A stretch of 56,553 bases of DNA, the filler included, from Circinaria calcarea (taxonomy: Eukaryota), in assembly GCA_051942165.1 (NCBI GenBank). It is 3 parts of 3 records of this genome, joined end to end, with 100 filler letters (N's around TTAATTAATTAA, not from the genome) between each part and the next. Parts side by side here need not be neighbours in the genome. Positions count along the whole stretch, not along the records: positions 1 to 18,786 come from JAVECS010000224.1; 2 more parts are not named here. One strand, 5' to 3'. How positions within the stretch are numbered: the stretch's first letter is position 1; each line of letters begins with the position of its first letter. The position numbers and the translations under genes were made by a program. A model generated the notes under the pieces. That model was not told the DNA's origin. It was given only the letters and a program-made list of their open reading frames with translations, and made no database searches. Positions 1 to 13,529 of the stretch are shown in pieces.

Positions 1-541
1 GATATGGGGGAAGGAGATGAGATTTTGCCACTTGAGAAAAGAAAATGGGAACGGGAATGGGGTGTTTGGGAAGGGGATGGGATGGGATGTATGTGTGCGC
101 ATGTGCACGTATATGAAGCTACGGAAATTGAAAAAAAAATCCACAAAATGATTTGTTGCACTCCTGTGGAAGAAGTTGCCAGGATACGCAGTACGCAGTA
201 CGCTATTTCTACTTCATTGATGATCAACGAAAGTATTACCCGTCCGACCCCAAAAGAAATTCCCGCATCCGAAGCTCCCCAAAAAAGCCAGGAAAGCGTC
301 CGCCGGCCAGGTACATGATGGCCCCGAATTCTGGGGATATAATAAAAAGCACATACACACTCCCGAAAAGAAATAGGTATAAGCCCGATGTATCCATTAT
401 TTTGGGAATCCAAAGAGAAAAAAAGGACATGAAGAAGAAAGGAAGAAGCAAATATATGCACTGAACATTACACCCGCAATCTCCGGAAACTTTCCTACAG
501 ATCCGTATCGTTCTCGTTATTGAAGATCAAGTAAGAGGCTT

Positions 542-2920
542 CTACCGACTCCCATCCCTCCCTCTTGGCTCCTCTCCCTCACTACCTTTCGCTTGCGACT
601 GGTTGTCCGAGTGCGCATTCGAAGAGGCCATCCCCCTCATATAGGACAAAAGTCCTCCTTGCCTCAGCGTCCCCTCCGCCACCGGGGAAATGGGGATAAG
701 ACCATCATTGCCTATCGGAGAAGCGGCCACGGGACCCTGAGCCGGACTCGATATGCCTGACGGCTGACTTGGTAACGAAGGCGTCTCACTGGCCAGCGTG
801 TCCATTGTCGATATTCGGGCTTGGAACGGAGGTCTTGATGGCCGATTGCTAGGGGAGCGACCTCCTCCTCCCAAGGGACGGCAGACGGGCGAAGAGCCAA
901 TAGAGCGGTTGACTAGGGAGCCAGTGGTGGAACGCATGACGGGTGTGGAAGTCATGGATGACGGGCCTGAAGCGCAAGGCGTGGAGCCCTGGAGTTCAGG
1001 ATAAGAGTCTGCCGGGAGCTCGACCGGGGCTGCAGATGGATCGTAGAGCTCGTAGTGCGGTGCTGGCCCGTTGTTGGAGCCTAGTTCTGCTGCGGTTTGC
1101 CCGTCTCCCCTGAGTTCCGCGGGTAGTATGTCATGATTTGATCGGGAAGTAGAGTTTGGATCCTCTGCTTGACTGACGGCTTCGTATTTGGTGACTGCTG
1201 ATGCGCCTAATTCATGTCGGCTATGTTCGTTATCAGTGTCAAGCTCAGTCTTGCCGAAGCCGTGTTCGGATTGCGTAGCTTCAATTTCTGTAGCTGATAA
1301 TGCTGCAGCATCGGCCGCGGCCTTTGTTCTCTTTCTCCGTCTCATCAGGAGGAAGGTAGCAACGCCGCCGATAAGTATAAGGACCACTATCACTACTCCA
1401 ACGGCGATGCCAATAGTCTTGCCATTGCCAGAACTTTCGCTGTTACCCGAACTCCCTTGGCCATCGGTAGATGTCGAGTTCAACGTTGTACTCAGAGCTT
1501 GAATGGTAACAAGCTCCTCTTTCATGTTTTCGTCAAATTTGCACTGAGAGATTGAGAAATTGCTACGCTCCCAGTCGACGACAAGGTACCTGAATCGGTG
1601 TCAGTTAGCGATTCGTTCCATCTGGGTCACGACTTGCTTACGCCTCCTGTAAAAATGTCCTGCCCAATGCGTATTGGGTATCGATGGCCGCCTGTTTCAG
1701 CGGAAAATATCTCGTGCTGTTTGGATATACCGGAGAACTCGCCACTAAATCAAAACTATCATACGGTAGAGTGATGTTAATGGTCGAACCGCCACTCCTA
1801 CTGTTACCTAAAGTAAAAGTGACACTGGGATTTGAAGCCAATAATGCGGTGCGCATGGAAGAGGTGACTGGGTAAAGTTGGCTAGTGCTGTCGTATGTCA
1901 GATTGAAGGCTTCTTCGAAAGCTCGACACGCTTCAGCTGGTAAATATATATAAGGGACCGTAGAGTCAACATATGCCAAGATTCCCGAGGGAAGTAGATC
2001 ATGACTCTTTCCGTTCTTATCGACGGAGGTAATAGACTGAATCCCCACGACGAGGTCGCGGGAGTTGTCAGGTGCAAAGGTGAATGATAGATCGTTTGAA
2101 GAGAACCTAGAAGAATCAAAACCACCGAGTGTAAGACTGCCAAAAACACCTTTCAGCTCTTCAAAGGACTGTTAGCCTCTACCTTGCGTACAGGGAGAGA
2201 ATCAATAGAGGTCACATACGATATGGAGCGCCTGCTGTATATCCAAAGGATAGGCTTGGTATCATATTCTGTTCCTTCAAGTTCGTCATATAGCTTGCTT
2301 GACCATTGTTCAACTGGCCATTGTACACCGTATCCGAGAAGTTGGTCCGCTTAGGGTTCACCCCGAACGCGCCGATCCAGGAATTGTTTGGGTCCGCGAT
2401 TCCGCTGAGTATTTGACCATTCAGCGTCGGTCCGCCGCTTCCTTCTACTCCCAATGTTATAGTATCGTTACCAAACATGCCAGTCGTATTCCAGCCTAGG
2501 TTTTCTTCCACCCCCAGATTGAAATAGCCACGCTGGCTCCATGTGCTGGAAGTGGCGTTGTCATAGGTTCCACCGCGTATTCCTGGACAACCCGTGAAGT
2601 TCGACGGACAGCCTAGAGGCAGGATGACCACGGTTTTCGAGTCCGCTGTTGAGATTAAGACACGAACGTCCTGCGCTGGTGTACCGACTTGAAGGGCAAA
2701 TGTGGACCACGGGCCATCGTTACCTTCCCTAACAAAACAGAATCAGCCCCCCATTGGATCCAGATACCGCCGTTGGAGAATCGACATACCAGTTCTGAGA
2801 AGGAGGTATGGAAATAGGGGCTGGGATAGTCGTCCTTCGTTCAACCAGCGCATTACTCCCGTGAGCGGAAGCCTGCCTTTGCGCAAGCCATACAATGGCA
2901 GCGACAGTCGAAAGTTTCAT
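542..2920 (-). CDS. Pepsin-fold (A1) aspartic-protease homologue with signal peptide, single TM helix and Ser/Pro-rich cytoplasmic tail; ~734 aa, 4 exons
   Basis: Exons 2920-2790, 2728-2220, 2158-1642 and 1589-542 joined at GT..AG introns give one frame: signal peptide MKLSTVAAIVWLA, WEGNDGPWSTFALQVGTPAQDVRVLISTA, GSLTLGGFD, VDSTVPYIYLP, LGRTFLQEAYLVVDWE, then TM IGIAVGVVIVVLILIGGVATFLL followed by RRRKR. Confidence 0.88.
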
Positions 2921-4149
2921 GGTGGTACTATGCGACCACGAGCAAAAAGCCCAATGAAGAAGAGATTACTGTGAAGCCCGCGCGAGCTTGGCTCGTCCGT
3001 CTCTTACTTTCATGCTCTCCCACGCAGGCAATAAGCACGTAAGATAAGAGAATTGCGAGTATTCCGTGCATCCAACAGTCACCAAAAAGTAAGCGCCATG
3101 AAGGAGGAGGAGATCTGTCAGCAAATCCCTGTTCATCCTTCCTCCTTCCCTTGCCAGGCGTCGTTTCGTTTAGCCCTCAGCCTCCCCGCGCCCGCCATAC
3201 CATAGAGAGCCAGTGAACTGCTTCGAGAAAACCCCTCAAGTTCCTTACCATCGACCAATAGGAACATGCGTGGCGTGGAGCACTTTCCTCGCCCATGTGG
3301 GAAGGTTGCGCTATTTCTGCGGGTAGTTTTAGAGCGGGGTCCCCACAAGAAAACAAACCATTCCACTGAAGTTTTCAGGCGTAGAAACAGGTGCATAATA
3401 AATCGTTTATTGGCTGTAATTTGCTTGTAGCCTACGATCCTCTTTTCAGTGAGGAGCACAGTAGTGCATTTATGCACCTAAGCATAATAACAGCACTCGA
3501 GCCACCGCTACTGGGTAATCGCGCCCAAACATTCACCAGCAGATCAACAGAGAGAATAGAAAGGTAGATTGCACAAACTTCAGTTGTCTATAGTAGTAAA
3601 AGATGATCTCGTGTTCGTACAACAAAGGAACCAGTCGCGGAACCACCCCTCCCTGGACTTCTTGAGAGCGAAGATGTTATAAAAAAGCGCTTCGATAACA
3701 GTTGACTGTCCCATCTACACTCGAACTTGACAAAAATGTAAATCCCAGGGGTCGGGGATAGAGTTAATCAAACATGTCAATCCGGCTTTCGGATCGACCT
3801 TCCCTTATTCCCATGCAACGTGCCTTGTAGCTTTCAGGTAGGAAGGGAGCCTCGCTCCAGCAACTACGAAACCTCCAGAGATCCGATGGCCGGGCCGTTG
3901 GTTCACCTTTCCATCACTTAAATGCCTCTGTAGTCTGATTTTACTCTCTACACATTCCAGGAGTCTGTACCATCAATCTGCACTGCAAATCCCAGTGCTA
4001 CTGGTCTGTCATTCTGCCGCTCATATTGACATGGAAGGGATAGGGACCACCGCAACAGTGGTCTCTTAGTTTGACTGGTACCCCCATGATTCTTTCCCCC
4101 GGGCAGGGGTCATAGACAGGTAGGGCTACCATAATCAAAGTGTTGTCTG

Positions 4150-7100
4150 CTACCAGCCCATCGCTCTCAACCCTTCGGTCATCCCACCTCCTCCAGCCGC
4201 TCCCCCACCATCATCCTTTTTCCTCTGCCCCGCCAGTTCCAGTTGAATTCCCCGATGCACATGCACGAGCCAATCGACATAGCTCTGCGCCTCGTTGTTC
4301 CGATCCTCCACCAACAACCGCGCGAATTCATACTCCGCTCCATCCAGCCCCTGCCGAGCTAGTTGCACTGTCAACTGCTTGCTGCCTCTTACGCTACCCC
4401 AGTATGCCAGTAAATTCCTGACCTGGCAATTCAGATGCGTCTCCAAGACGGGAAGCGAGGAGAGGAAGGGGTCGAGGGAGGAGAGACTGGTGTGGTCGGG
4501 GCCGAAAAGGTCCTCGAGGAGATGCGGTGAGACGCGAGCATGCAGCCACAAGAGGCATACTTGACCGTCGTCAATCAGGTATGCGCCGCCCTCTTCGATA
4601 CGGGAGAAGGAGGCGCGGACAGTGGGAGGGAGGACAAGGTGACCGGTACTGGGGTCGGGAAAGCCGGTACTAGGATCAAGGGAGTGTATCGCAGTAATTC
4701 GCGGATAGAGGAGGAGAGAGAGTTCGAGGGGAGAGGCAGACTTGAGTAGGCGCATTGTATAAGTACGGCGGTCAGAAGGTTCTTGTCCGGCTACGGAAAC
4801 GTGTAAGTGAAACGTGTAAGTGATGCAAAGAGGTCTGTGGGAAAGGGTAATGATAGCCGGGATTGATTACCTTTGAATGCACGGCATTTCAGTAGGCCAA
4901 GTATATACATGCTAAACTCTTTCAAGTTTTCTGGGAGCACTAGTTGCCCTGGTGGGTGAGATCCTGAGAAACTCTTCCGATATCCAGCAAGAATATCGAT
5001 GGTCTTTTCGGTAAGCGCACTTCGCACATCTTTCAGCGTTCGCTCTGTCATGCGAGTAGCAGCTTATGAAATGTCAGCCCCAATATCTCTACCTCGTCAA
5101 TGAAGTTGTATCTTACCTTCTTTGGCAATCATGCCGACGACAGCATCCTGGTCAATGAATCTCATACTCTCGACAGCGCTCTCGCTCACGCTCGCCACAG
5201 TATTCGTACATCTGACTCGCCGTTCGCCGTTTGCAGAGGTGTACAACAGAGCACATTGAAAGTGCGCATCGAGTTTAGCATCGAGCTTTCCATCATAGCT
5301 GAACATAACTCCGATAGCCTTATCGGCGTCGATAACCCCAAATTCGAGATCTGCGCCAAATGTATGCTGTAAGAAGTTCCCATGATAAGCTGACACTTGT
5401 AGACCGTTGGAGCATCGGACTTTCATAAGTGCTTGATAACCGGTTTCTCGAATTATAGTGTGTTTGACTTCCTGCGATAATTTAAGATTATCCCGAGGGG
5501 AATGGAAGTTAGGGTAGAAGAACGTTTCTCCGCCACTTATGGCGGAGAGATGACCTGGTTCACGGTCAGTATGTGGGGGGACTTGGGAAAATTGAAGGGA
5601 TTACCAATAGTAGCGATATCCATATAAGCACCTCCAGGAGCAGCGATGAAAAAGTCAATTCCTACTCCACTCTCGACCATTTTGACCCCCGTCTTTCTCC
5701 ATCCTGGATGTTCGGTCTGGAAAAGTTTCTTCTCCGTTTCAATGCCATGCATCTTATTGTCGTCTCTCATGAACAGCCTGCCTGGGCCCCATGTTGGTAA
5801 CGCCGACAGTGAGCACACGATTTTACCGCCTGTAATGGTTAACGCTGATAATGCCGCATTGAGCGTCGGAAGCAAGGCTGGTTCGGCGTTCTTGACATGG
5901 GCGAAAAGTGCTGGTATTTGTGTGAGGAGCGACGTAATGGTGGAGCTGACATATTAGCGGAGTGGTATAGAATGAAACATTCGCACATACCGGGATTCAT
6001 AGGGATCAACAAAAAGGCCGTCACTACCCAGTGGCACAAAAGGATCTTCGATGTCTGGCATCACGAGCATCTGTGCTTGATCGAGACTAGCCTTTCAAAA
6101 CGTTAGCTTTGAAATAGTAATGCACGAGTGTGTGGAACATGTACGTTGCAGTTATAGAAATGAATTTCTTTATCAAATGTAACGAAGCCAACTCTGGAGC
6201 CCACCGGTAGATTCCTTATTGACTCCATCCCATCACTGTTCTGATTTTCTTCGTTATTTTCATCCACCGAATCCTCACTATACAGGGCATTTAGAATACC
6301 TTCGCAGAAGGCTTCTAAGAAACCCCTGTTGATTGCTTCTTGCCCAACGTCAATGACAAAGAGCCACCGCAAACCAACCGGCTCCTTGGCCCAATACTCT
6401 TTCGGAACCATGAACTCTACCGTACCTAATTTCAACTCTGCCCTTTGATCCCGATCTACTCGTACGCCTTGAGGATCTGTCGGCGCGAAGTATTCGGGGG
6501 GGACGTCGTTTGGAAAAGTACACATATTACAAACAAACTTATTCCCTCCCGATCGAAATATCATAAATGGGTTGATGTAAGTCCGACACCTTCGACAACG
6601 TGGAGGTCCTGGCTCGCCAAAATCAAGGACTGGTATAGGTTGCTCGCCGGGTTGTATCGGAGCGAGTGGCTGTAAAACCAAGCCCAAAGGTAAAGCAGTA
6701 GCGTTAAGGGCTTCTGACGAAGAGGGAATGTTGTTAAGTGTAAGGCGAGCGTATTTAGGCGAGGAGTTGCCTTGGTCATATGCAATGAAGGGGATGGCAC
6801 CGGGAGGAGGCAGATGCTGTTCCATTGTATGGTAAATGTGATCCAGATAAAACTGCGCCGGTCCATCTCGAGATCTCGGTATGCTAGGTATCTGCTCCGG
6901 GTCGACTCGTCCCTGCGCAGAAACCCCATGCCCGCTAGAAACCGGTACTGACGGGGTTCCACCTCCGAAATTAGGTTGGCTACCAGGAGTAAATGCTCCC
7001 CCGGAAGAAGCAGGAAACTGATTCATAGCCGGAGTAATCTGCTGGCCCGTATACGGGTGACCCTGTGCCACTTGCTGAGACTGATCGAGATAGTGGGTAG

Positions 7101-7551
7101 GGTTTATTTCACCCTGAGGCGTACCATTGAAAGCCTGTGATGAGCCACTGGGCTGTTCAAGATTGTGGTAGGCGTGCCTGTTCTTCTTCTTGTTCACCTT
7201 GGACGAACTCCCCCCTTCACTTCCAAGCCCCATAGATCCCATCTGCGCGGCTAGCCCCCCGATCCCCCCATCAGGTTGTGGTGAACCCTGTCCTTGCGGT
7301 GGAAAATATCCTTGCTCTTGCGCTGGGCGCTGCTGGACCTGATATCCATTTTGCGGTAACTGTCGGTATTGTACTTGTAGTGGTGTACCTTGCTGACCGT
7401 ATGGCGAAGCACCCTGTTGGTACCCTATAGGAGCGGGAGCAATGGGTGGACGGAACTGAGATGCTGCTGGTTGTGTCCTTGGTTGTGGATTAGCAGGATG
7501 TTGGTGCGGATCCTCCTCCACTAAGGCATGATATATCGCATGATCCGACAT
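4150..7551 (-). CDS. SFB3: COPII Sec24-family cargo adaptor, Sfb3/Lst1 (Sec24C/D-like); 6 exons
   Basis: Q/P-rich N-terminus, zinc finger CRRCRTYINPF...CNMC, trunk domain (FVIDV), MKVRCSNGLQV beta-sandwich, LVLPENLKEF helical domain, gelsolin end LVEDRNNEAQSYVDWLVHVHR. GT..AG introns at about 6144-6092, 5989-5947, 5604-5554, 5116-5063 and 4870-4791. Confidence 0.9.
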
Positions 7552-8343
7552 TGTGAGGTTCGACAGATGAACTCTGAAGAAGGCAATTAATGGAATGCTT
7601 AGCTTTGGCGCTCACAAAATCGCTCAGGTATGGCGGTACACATATTACAAGGGTGGCACGGTTTGTAGCGGTTCTTATTTTGCTTCATCACCTGTGCGCG
7701 GATGTTCGTTGAAAATCGCTGTTCATGATGATATGGCAGGAGCATTCATTGGGCATATGTATCATTGGTACGACGTTTTGGACAACTTGCCGAATGGTTC
7801 TATATTGATACGCGAGTCGCAGGGCTGAAATACGAGGTCCCTTCGATCTCTACAATCTAGGAATTCAATCAAACACTCTATTTCTTTCTAATAGGAACGG
7901 AATACAGAGATGTTCGTCAGTAGAAGTTGATGGGGATATTTGAGAGGGGCGTGGGACAGTTTAGGTATTGTTATCCTAAAGTTTCTCGATATCCGGGTAA
8001 CTGATAGTATCCTTCGTGACTGAATTCCTCTTCTGCTAATTACCAGGAAATCCGTTGCCTTATATCCTTGACCTCGATATCCATTAAGCCTTGTCAATTC
8101 AACAAGCCTTTACGCTCTTTCGTATTGCAAAAACGCCTCCCACCTAAGCAAAACTCAACCCAGGGGTATTTCCTAAAACAAAAGTCAGAATATGCCGCCC
8201 CTAGGTCTCATGATCCGGTTCTAGCTCGTGAAATCAAAACTCCAGTCCTAATAAGAATCACCTATGGTATCCCCAGGGGAGGATCGTTGTCGTTGGCCTC
8301 CTAAGTAATATTTGCAGGCGAGATTGGCGCCAACCAAGCCGTC

Positions 8344-10171
8344 TCAGGTAACGAGCAAGTCTATATCCATCGATGCCATGATGCCTTCCCAATCCCAACT
8401 CTTGTCATCGCCGTTATCCATCATCTCCCACACTCTCCTAACCACCTGCCTTGCAGGCCTAATGTTTCCTAAATTGCTATAAGCTTGTAGATTGTCAAAG
8501 GCCGTTTCAAGGTCGGGTCTCTGTCGTTTCTCGAAGGCTGCGCAGCCTAAGAGGAAGATTGGCAAGAGGAGGACGCACTGAACCGATTCAGTGGGAGTCA
8601 AGACCCGAAGGTAGTCCAGGCCGTCATCAACAGCTGCACAGATCTTGGCTGACGGTCTCGATGCTTGAATAGTGCGGTAAAGGTAGACCCATGTGCACTG
8701 ACGATACAGTTGTGCAGCAACCCATAAGGGCGTGTTGGTTTCCTGTTTTGGGTCCCAGTCGCGGATGCCAGCATCAATTAGCACCGCCTGAGAGAGGCTC
8801 TCGTAGACCACTGCCGGCTCCAACCCCGCACCAATGCGCCTCCGTACGCTGTCGCGGAGTACGGTGATTCGGGTAATGTATTTGAAGAGTCCCTCGAGAA
8901 CACCTACCATCAAGCCTGCGCCGGGCTGTAACGCGGGTTGGATTAGGAAACTTGGAAGAGAACGGTCATCATCGTCATCAAAACTAATAGGCCGGCGATC
9001 AAGGGAGGTCAAAGAGTTCATGACATTGTGATACATGAAGAATTCCATGATAAAGCGCTGAAACTCTGGATTTTTGGATTTTCGTTTATCTCTTTTAGCT
9101 ATCAGTGACCGTGCACCATTCATGTGTATCCGATAGTCCCCATTGGTTGACCCGCTGCAGATGGAGATGAGGCAGTGGACAATAGTGGAAGCCACCGCGG
9201 GATCTTCGACCAAAAGATTGCTCGCCTCTTGGTCACCCTCAATTGCCGATCTGATCGTTGCATTCAAAGTGCTAATAGCGATGCTGTAATGATAAAGCTG
9301 GCGATTCTTAAAGTCGGGGTTTGGCTCTTTGGCAATGATATGCGAGCCGGAGAGTGCCATTAAGGAATGCATCAGGCCGCTGTGCTGGGTCGCCATGGGC
9401 AAGAGTAGGTCTTTGAACGGATTCGAGTCATCGTCGTGGATGGTGAGGACTCCACTAAGCTCGAAGACAAAATGATCGAGGAAGCGCCGATCAATATCCG
9501 TTTCAATCCCATCCACTAGGAATGGCAAGCACCGAGGGAAAGTGAAGGAGTATCTCCGCACTGGACCAACCATTAGCGAGTCATTAGAACTCATAAGGAG
9601 ATCTTCTTACTCTCCTCCGGCCGCCTTTTATTTCCGGGTTCCCAGAACCGTTTGACCGGATATCCCTCGCAGACTACGGCATTCTTTTGACAATTCAAAC
9701 CTGACTGGGTTAGGCTTGGCCACGAATATTCTATGGACTCCTCCAGTTTTGTACGACCATGGAAGCAGACTCACAAGACGGCTTAGCCTCATCACACTTC
9801 TTCTTACGCTTCCGACATGTTACGCATCCGGTTTTCGACCTTCCTTTTGCAATTTTGCTCACCGTAGTCGAAGGGGCAGGTACATTTTTCTTCGGCCGTC
9901 CCCTCTTCCTCTTCGATAAGACTTCATCGAATTTATCCTCTGGAGTCTCCGACATATCTGACCTCTTAATGTCCTCAATTGAGGCTACTTCCGAGTCCTC
10001 GACCTTCAGGACAACATCGTCGACATCATCGTTATCTGCCACTTCTTCTTCCCCGTCCGATGACATGTACGCTTCGGACCCCATTGTCGATGCGGACCAG
10101 GACGAATTGCTCGATTGGTCAATGGGAGACCCGACGCAAGTGCTGATCTCGAGCGCCGACAAACCGTTCAT
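8344..10171 (-). CDS. Zn(II)2Cys6 transcription factor with AT-hook and C-terminal fungal-specific TF domain (Fungal_trans_2 type; possibly OefC-like)
   Basis: KRKRGRPKK AT-hook. GCVTCRKRKKKCDEAKPSC|LNCQKNAVVCEGY is completed across intron 9774-9701; a second intron 9610-9561 leads into RRFLDHF...NPFKDLLLPMA...HSLMALSGSH. Start codon uncertain (first in-frame ATG at 10171). Confidence 0.88.
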
Positions 10172-13100
10172 CGCCAATTTACCGGATGGGCTGGTCCGTA
10201 ACCGCAGTCGGGAAGGGACTTCCCGACTGACCACGGTGTCTGAACGCAGTGGGAGGTTCCATTGCGACTGGGAAAGGCCCGAGGCAGCCAGCGTGCCGGT
10301 TGAGCTGAAGGGTTGGCTCTATCGGCTCGTTGCAAAGCCGCGTCGAGGAATATGGGCGACAGGAAGAAAGCGTGTGAGGCTGGTGATGGAGGTGGAGGAG
10401 GGTAGCGGATCATTGAACCAGCGTCTCTGGACGGTATTGGAGGAGCAGAGGACCCGCTAATGAGGTGATCCGAAGTAATGCAGCCTTTGCCGAAAAACTG
10501 ACGGTCTGATGCATGTGGAACCGACCGGTCCCAGGTCAAGGGCGATCACCAATCTTTATAGGTAGGCCGGTAGCCAAATGGACATGGAAGACCATAGCAT
10601 GGAGACGACTCGAGAAAAACGACGCTAGGTAAATAAGATTTGGGCCAAAATGGATTCCCTGTCGACCGAAGGGTTTAGCGTGGAGTTAGAGTAGGTAATC
10701 CGAGTAAAGTAATCCGAGGGTGGAGAATCCCTGCTGCTTATTCGGTTGCAAGTTCCGAGTAGTACTTGGGGGAAACCGGTGGTTAGAAGATGGGAAGTGC
10801 GGGGTTTTGTACTACGTATTCCGTGGCGGGCTGTAGATGGCCTCAAAGCGGAGGATGGCCATAAGCGAAACTCCCCCTTTTCGATACCAGATGACCTTAA
10901 CGAAAGAGGCGGTGAGACTCAGCGGCCAAAGGAACGATCATGGGGAAGATCGGTCCAGGATGGGAAACGGCCATGTTGCATGACGGCAGGAATCACTCCC
11001 ACCACTACTTATATCAGATTGGCTTTTCATAGCCTCTCTCCGTCACCGGCGTTTTCGGGCTTTTCTGGGCCCCACGGGCTTGGAAACGGCATGGGAGCCT
11101 CATCACGGGGCGGACCACTTGGTTGGTTCAATTCGAAGTTTGAATTTCCTCGTCTGTGACCGAGCAACCGTCCGACCTCTCATCATCTCCCACATGAGCC
11201 GTTGTTTACTGCCGAACTGACCGCCGAATGCAGAGAGATAACATGCCAACCCAGAGCCAACTCAAGCGGGTAGCTGGTAGATAAGCCGCAGGAAGAGTAG
11301 AGTAACCCGCTGCTCTCCCGCATCTCCTCCGGACACAATCGTCGGGACCGGTCTTGCAAACTCTATCCTTCCTGTCTCATTGCTGACGAAGGGCGATCAT
11401 CGTTCCGCCGCCAGCCGCTAAATCGAAGAGCGTTCTGATTGGCCTCCTTCGACGAGGATAACTGCTACAAGGGTAACTGCTACAAGGGTAATAAGCCGTC
11501 GTCCGTGCGCAAAGCCCTAATTCCTCAAGCCGAGCTAACTTTGGAAGCCGCCAAAAGGTCGTTCCAGCACCGTGTCTCATCTTTTCGGAAAATTTAACGT
11601 TTTCAAGGCAATCGCTGCCAATTCCAAGGGCGAGACGGTTCCGCCAGGACACGAGAGACTCTCGCGCGCTATCAATCCGTATTTGGGACCCGTCACATTT
11701 ACTGGGTAATCTCCCTTTGCTGTCACCTGTCCGATTCCTGATCCGATGGCTTCCTTCCGCATCTCGATAGTAGGTCCGTAAAGCTCGTTTGCTGCCTCTG
11801 TGCGGAATTTAGGCCCCAATCTGTATGGGCCGCAAGATCAGGGTTGGGAAATACGTACCATAGGCTGAGTGAGCACTTGCGCTACTTTGGAGTACCAATC
11901 TAGATCTAACTTGCCGGACTGGAACGGGGCGTAAAGGTTCCAATGTTTGTACCCTGAAGTATTCATCCTCTCGCATTAGGACACGGGATAGAGATCGGCA
12001 TATCTCCCCGTCCCAGCTGTGGCTTTTCCCAACCCATTCTGTCGGGCACTCCATGCGAAATTAATTACTGTAGTTGCAGGCACAATAGATGTTTGGCGTA
12101 GGTTTCGACCGACCCCAGATTCTGGAGAGATAATACGGCTCTGGGGGTGGCGGGAAGTCGTAATCCCTAGCGAGAACTGGATCATGTAAAATTGAAGAGA
12201 GAACAAACTTACGTCCGTATTGCCCTTTTTACTCATCCATCCACCATCATTCAAGCGATCCTGTCAGCCACCCGAGACCCTCCAACCACAACACTATTCC
12301 AGATTCATCTAGGGCATTATCAAGTGCTGACTTGCCATCGGCGGCGGCCATCGTCCGTGCGAAATATCCTGATCACCTACATGCTGATGACCCCCCAAGT
12401 CCTCGTCCTCGAGTTCGACACCCCCTGGTCATCTCTCTCAGCCTGGTCCCGATAATGCGGTCTACCATGATAGTCAGTCCGTTTTGACCTTGGGACGTGG
12501 GATGGTGGCGCGCTGCGTGGAAGAAAAACGGCGAAATGATTCATCGGAACAGCCAGCCGAACTTGGGACACCGGCTAGAGCATACTACAGCATTGGACTC
12601 AACCGCTCGGCGCTCACCATGAAAGCTCAGCGTTTGTTTACCATAGCGCGAACGGTCAATTCTTTGTTCGGATATATTGCTGCACCAGCGCTCTTTGCAT
12701 ATCCGGAATAGATACGTGACCGTATTGTTATTGCTGGACACCTAAGACGGCCCTTCCGAGCTGTTGACTATAGCATTCAAGGGACGTCCAGTGCGGGGCT
12801 GCAGTGGTGACGAGACATTTCCGAAAGCAGTAGAAGATACATGTATATACAATGTCCAGACCGTTCTAGCCAAACACACATGACGCTAGGTTAGGAAGAC
12901 AGCCGACAGGCAGGGTAGCAGTCTTCATGGTTCAACATTCAATACTTCCCGTAAGCAGTGCCCATCGTCCTAGCGGCCATTCGGTTGACCTTGCCGAAAC
13001 GTGTTCGTACCTGGTCCAGTAAGTCAGTCAATCTGCAGGACCAGCACTCGTCCAATGGCATTGCCGAACCCATTGGGGAAGAAGATATTGCGAACGTCTT

Positions 13101-13529
13101 TTGCCACCCGAAGGTTTGATCGGAGCTTCTCTTGCTAGCATGAACCCAGTGCTGCAGCGTTGACCCTATTGTAGCACTTGCAGCAAAGAACGCTAGGAAC
13201 CTCGAGGGTAGCCTTGTATCCTATCGACTGTCTGCAAAGCCGCTCTTGCAGACATGCAGCTGTCGGAGATTATCGTAATGCCGCAGCTGGGCTTTCTTGC
13301 GAAACTGCGATAGGAACGCCTATAGTGCTGCAGCTGTGCGGATGCCTCTCTTCGAACCTTATCTGTAGCATCAACAGCTTGGGAGGGGTAAAAGTGGAAT
13401 GCAGGTTCTGATTTCGGGCACTGTCATTGGTGATAGTTCAATTAAAGTTGAGGCATATAAACTTTGCTCGGGCTGGCCATGGAAATGGGCATGCATTGAT
13501 GAAAGTATCGACTGTCCTGTCGAATCTAT

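Noticed and set aside
236..451. Small hydrophobic ORF
   Set aside because: Low-complexity T-rich 3' flank of the protease-like gene; no recognisable motif.
9759..10460. 233-aa antisense ORF over the TF (and similar shadow ORFs over UTP15, SEC16 and NEO1)
   Set aside because: Shadow of the codon bias of the real gene; no motifs.
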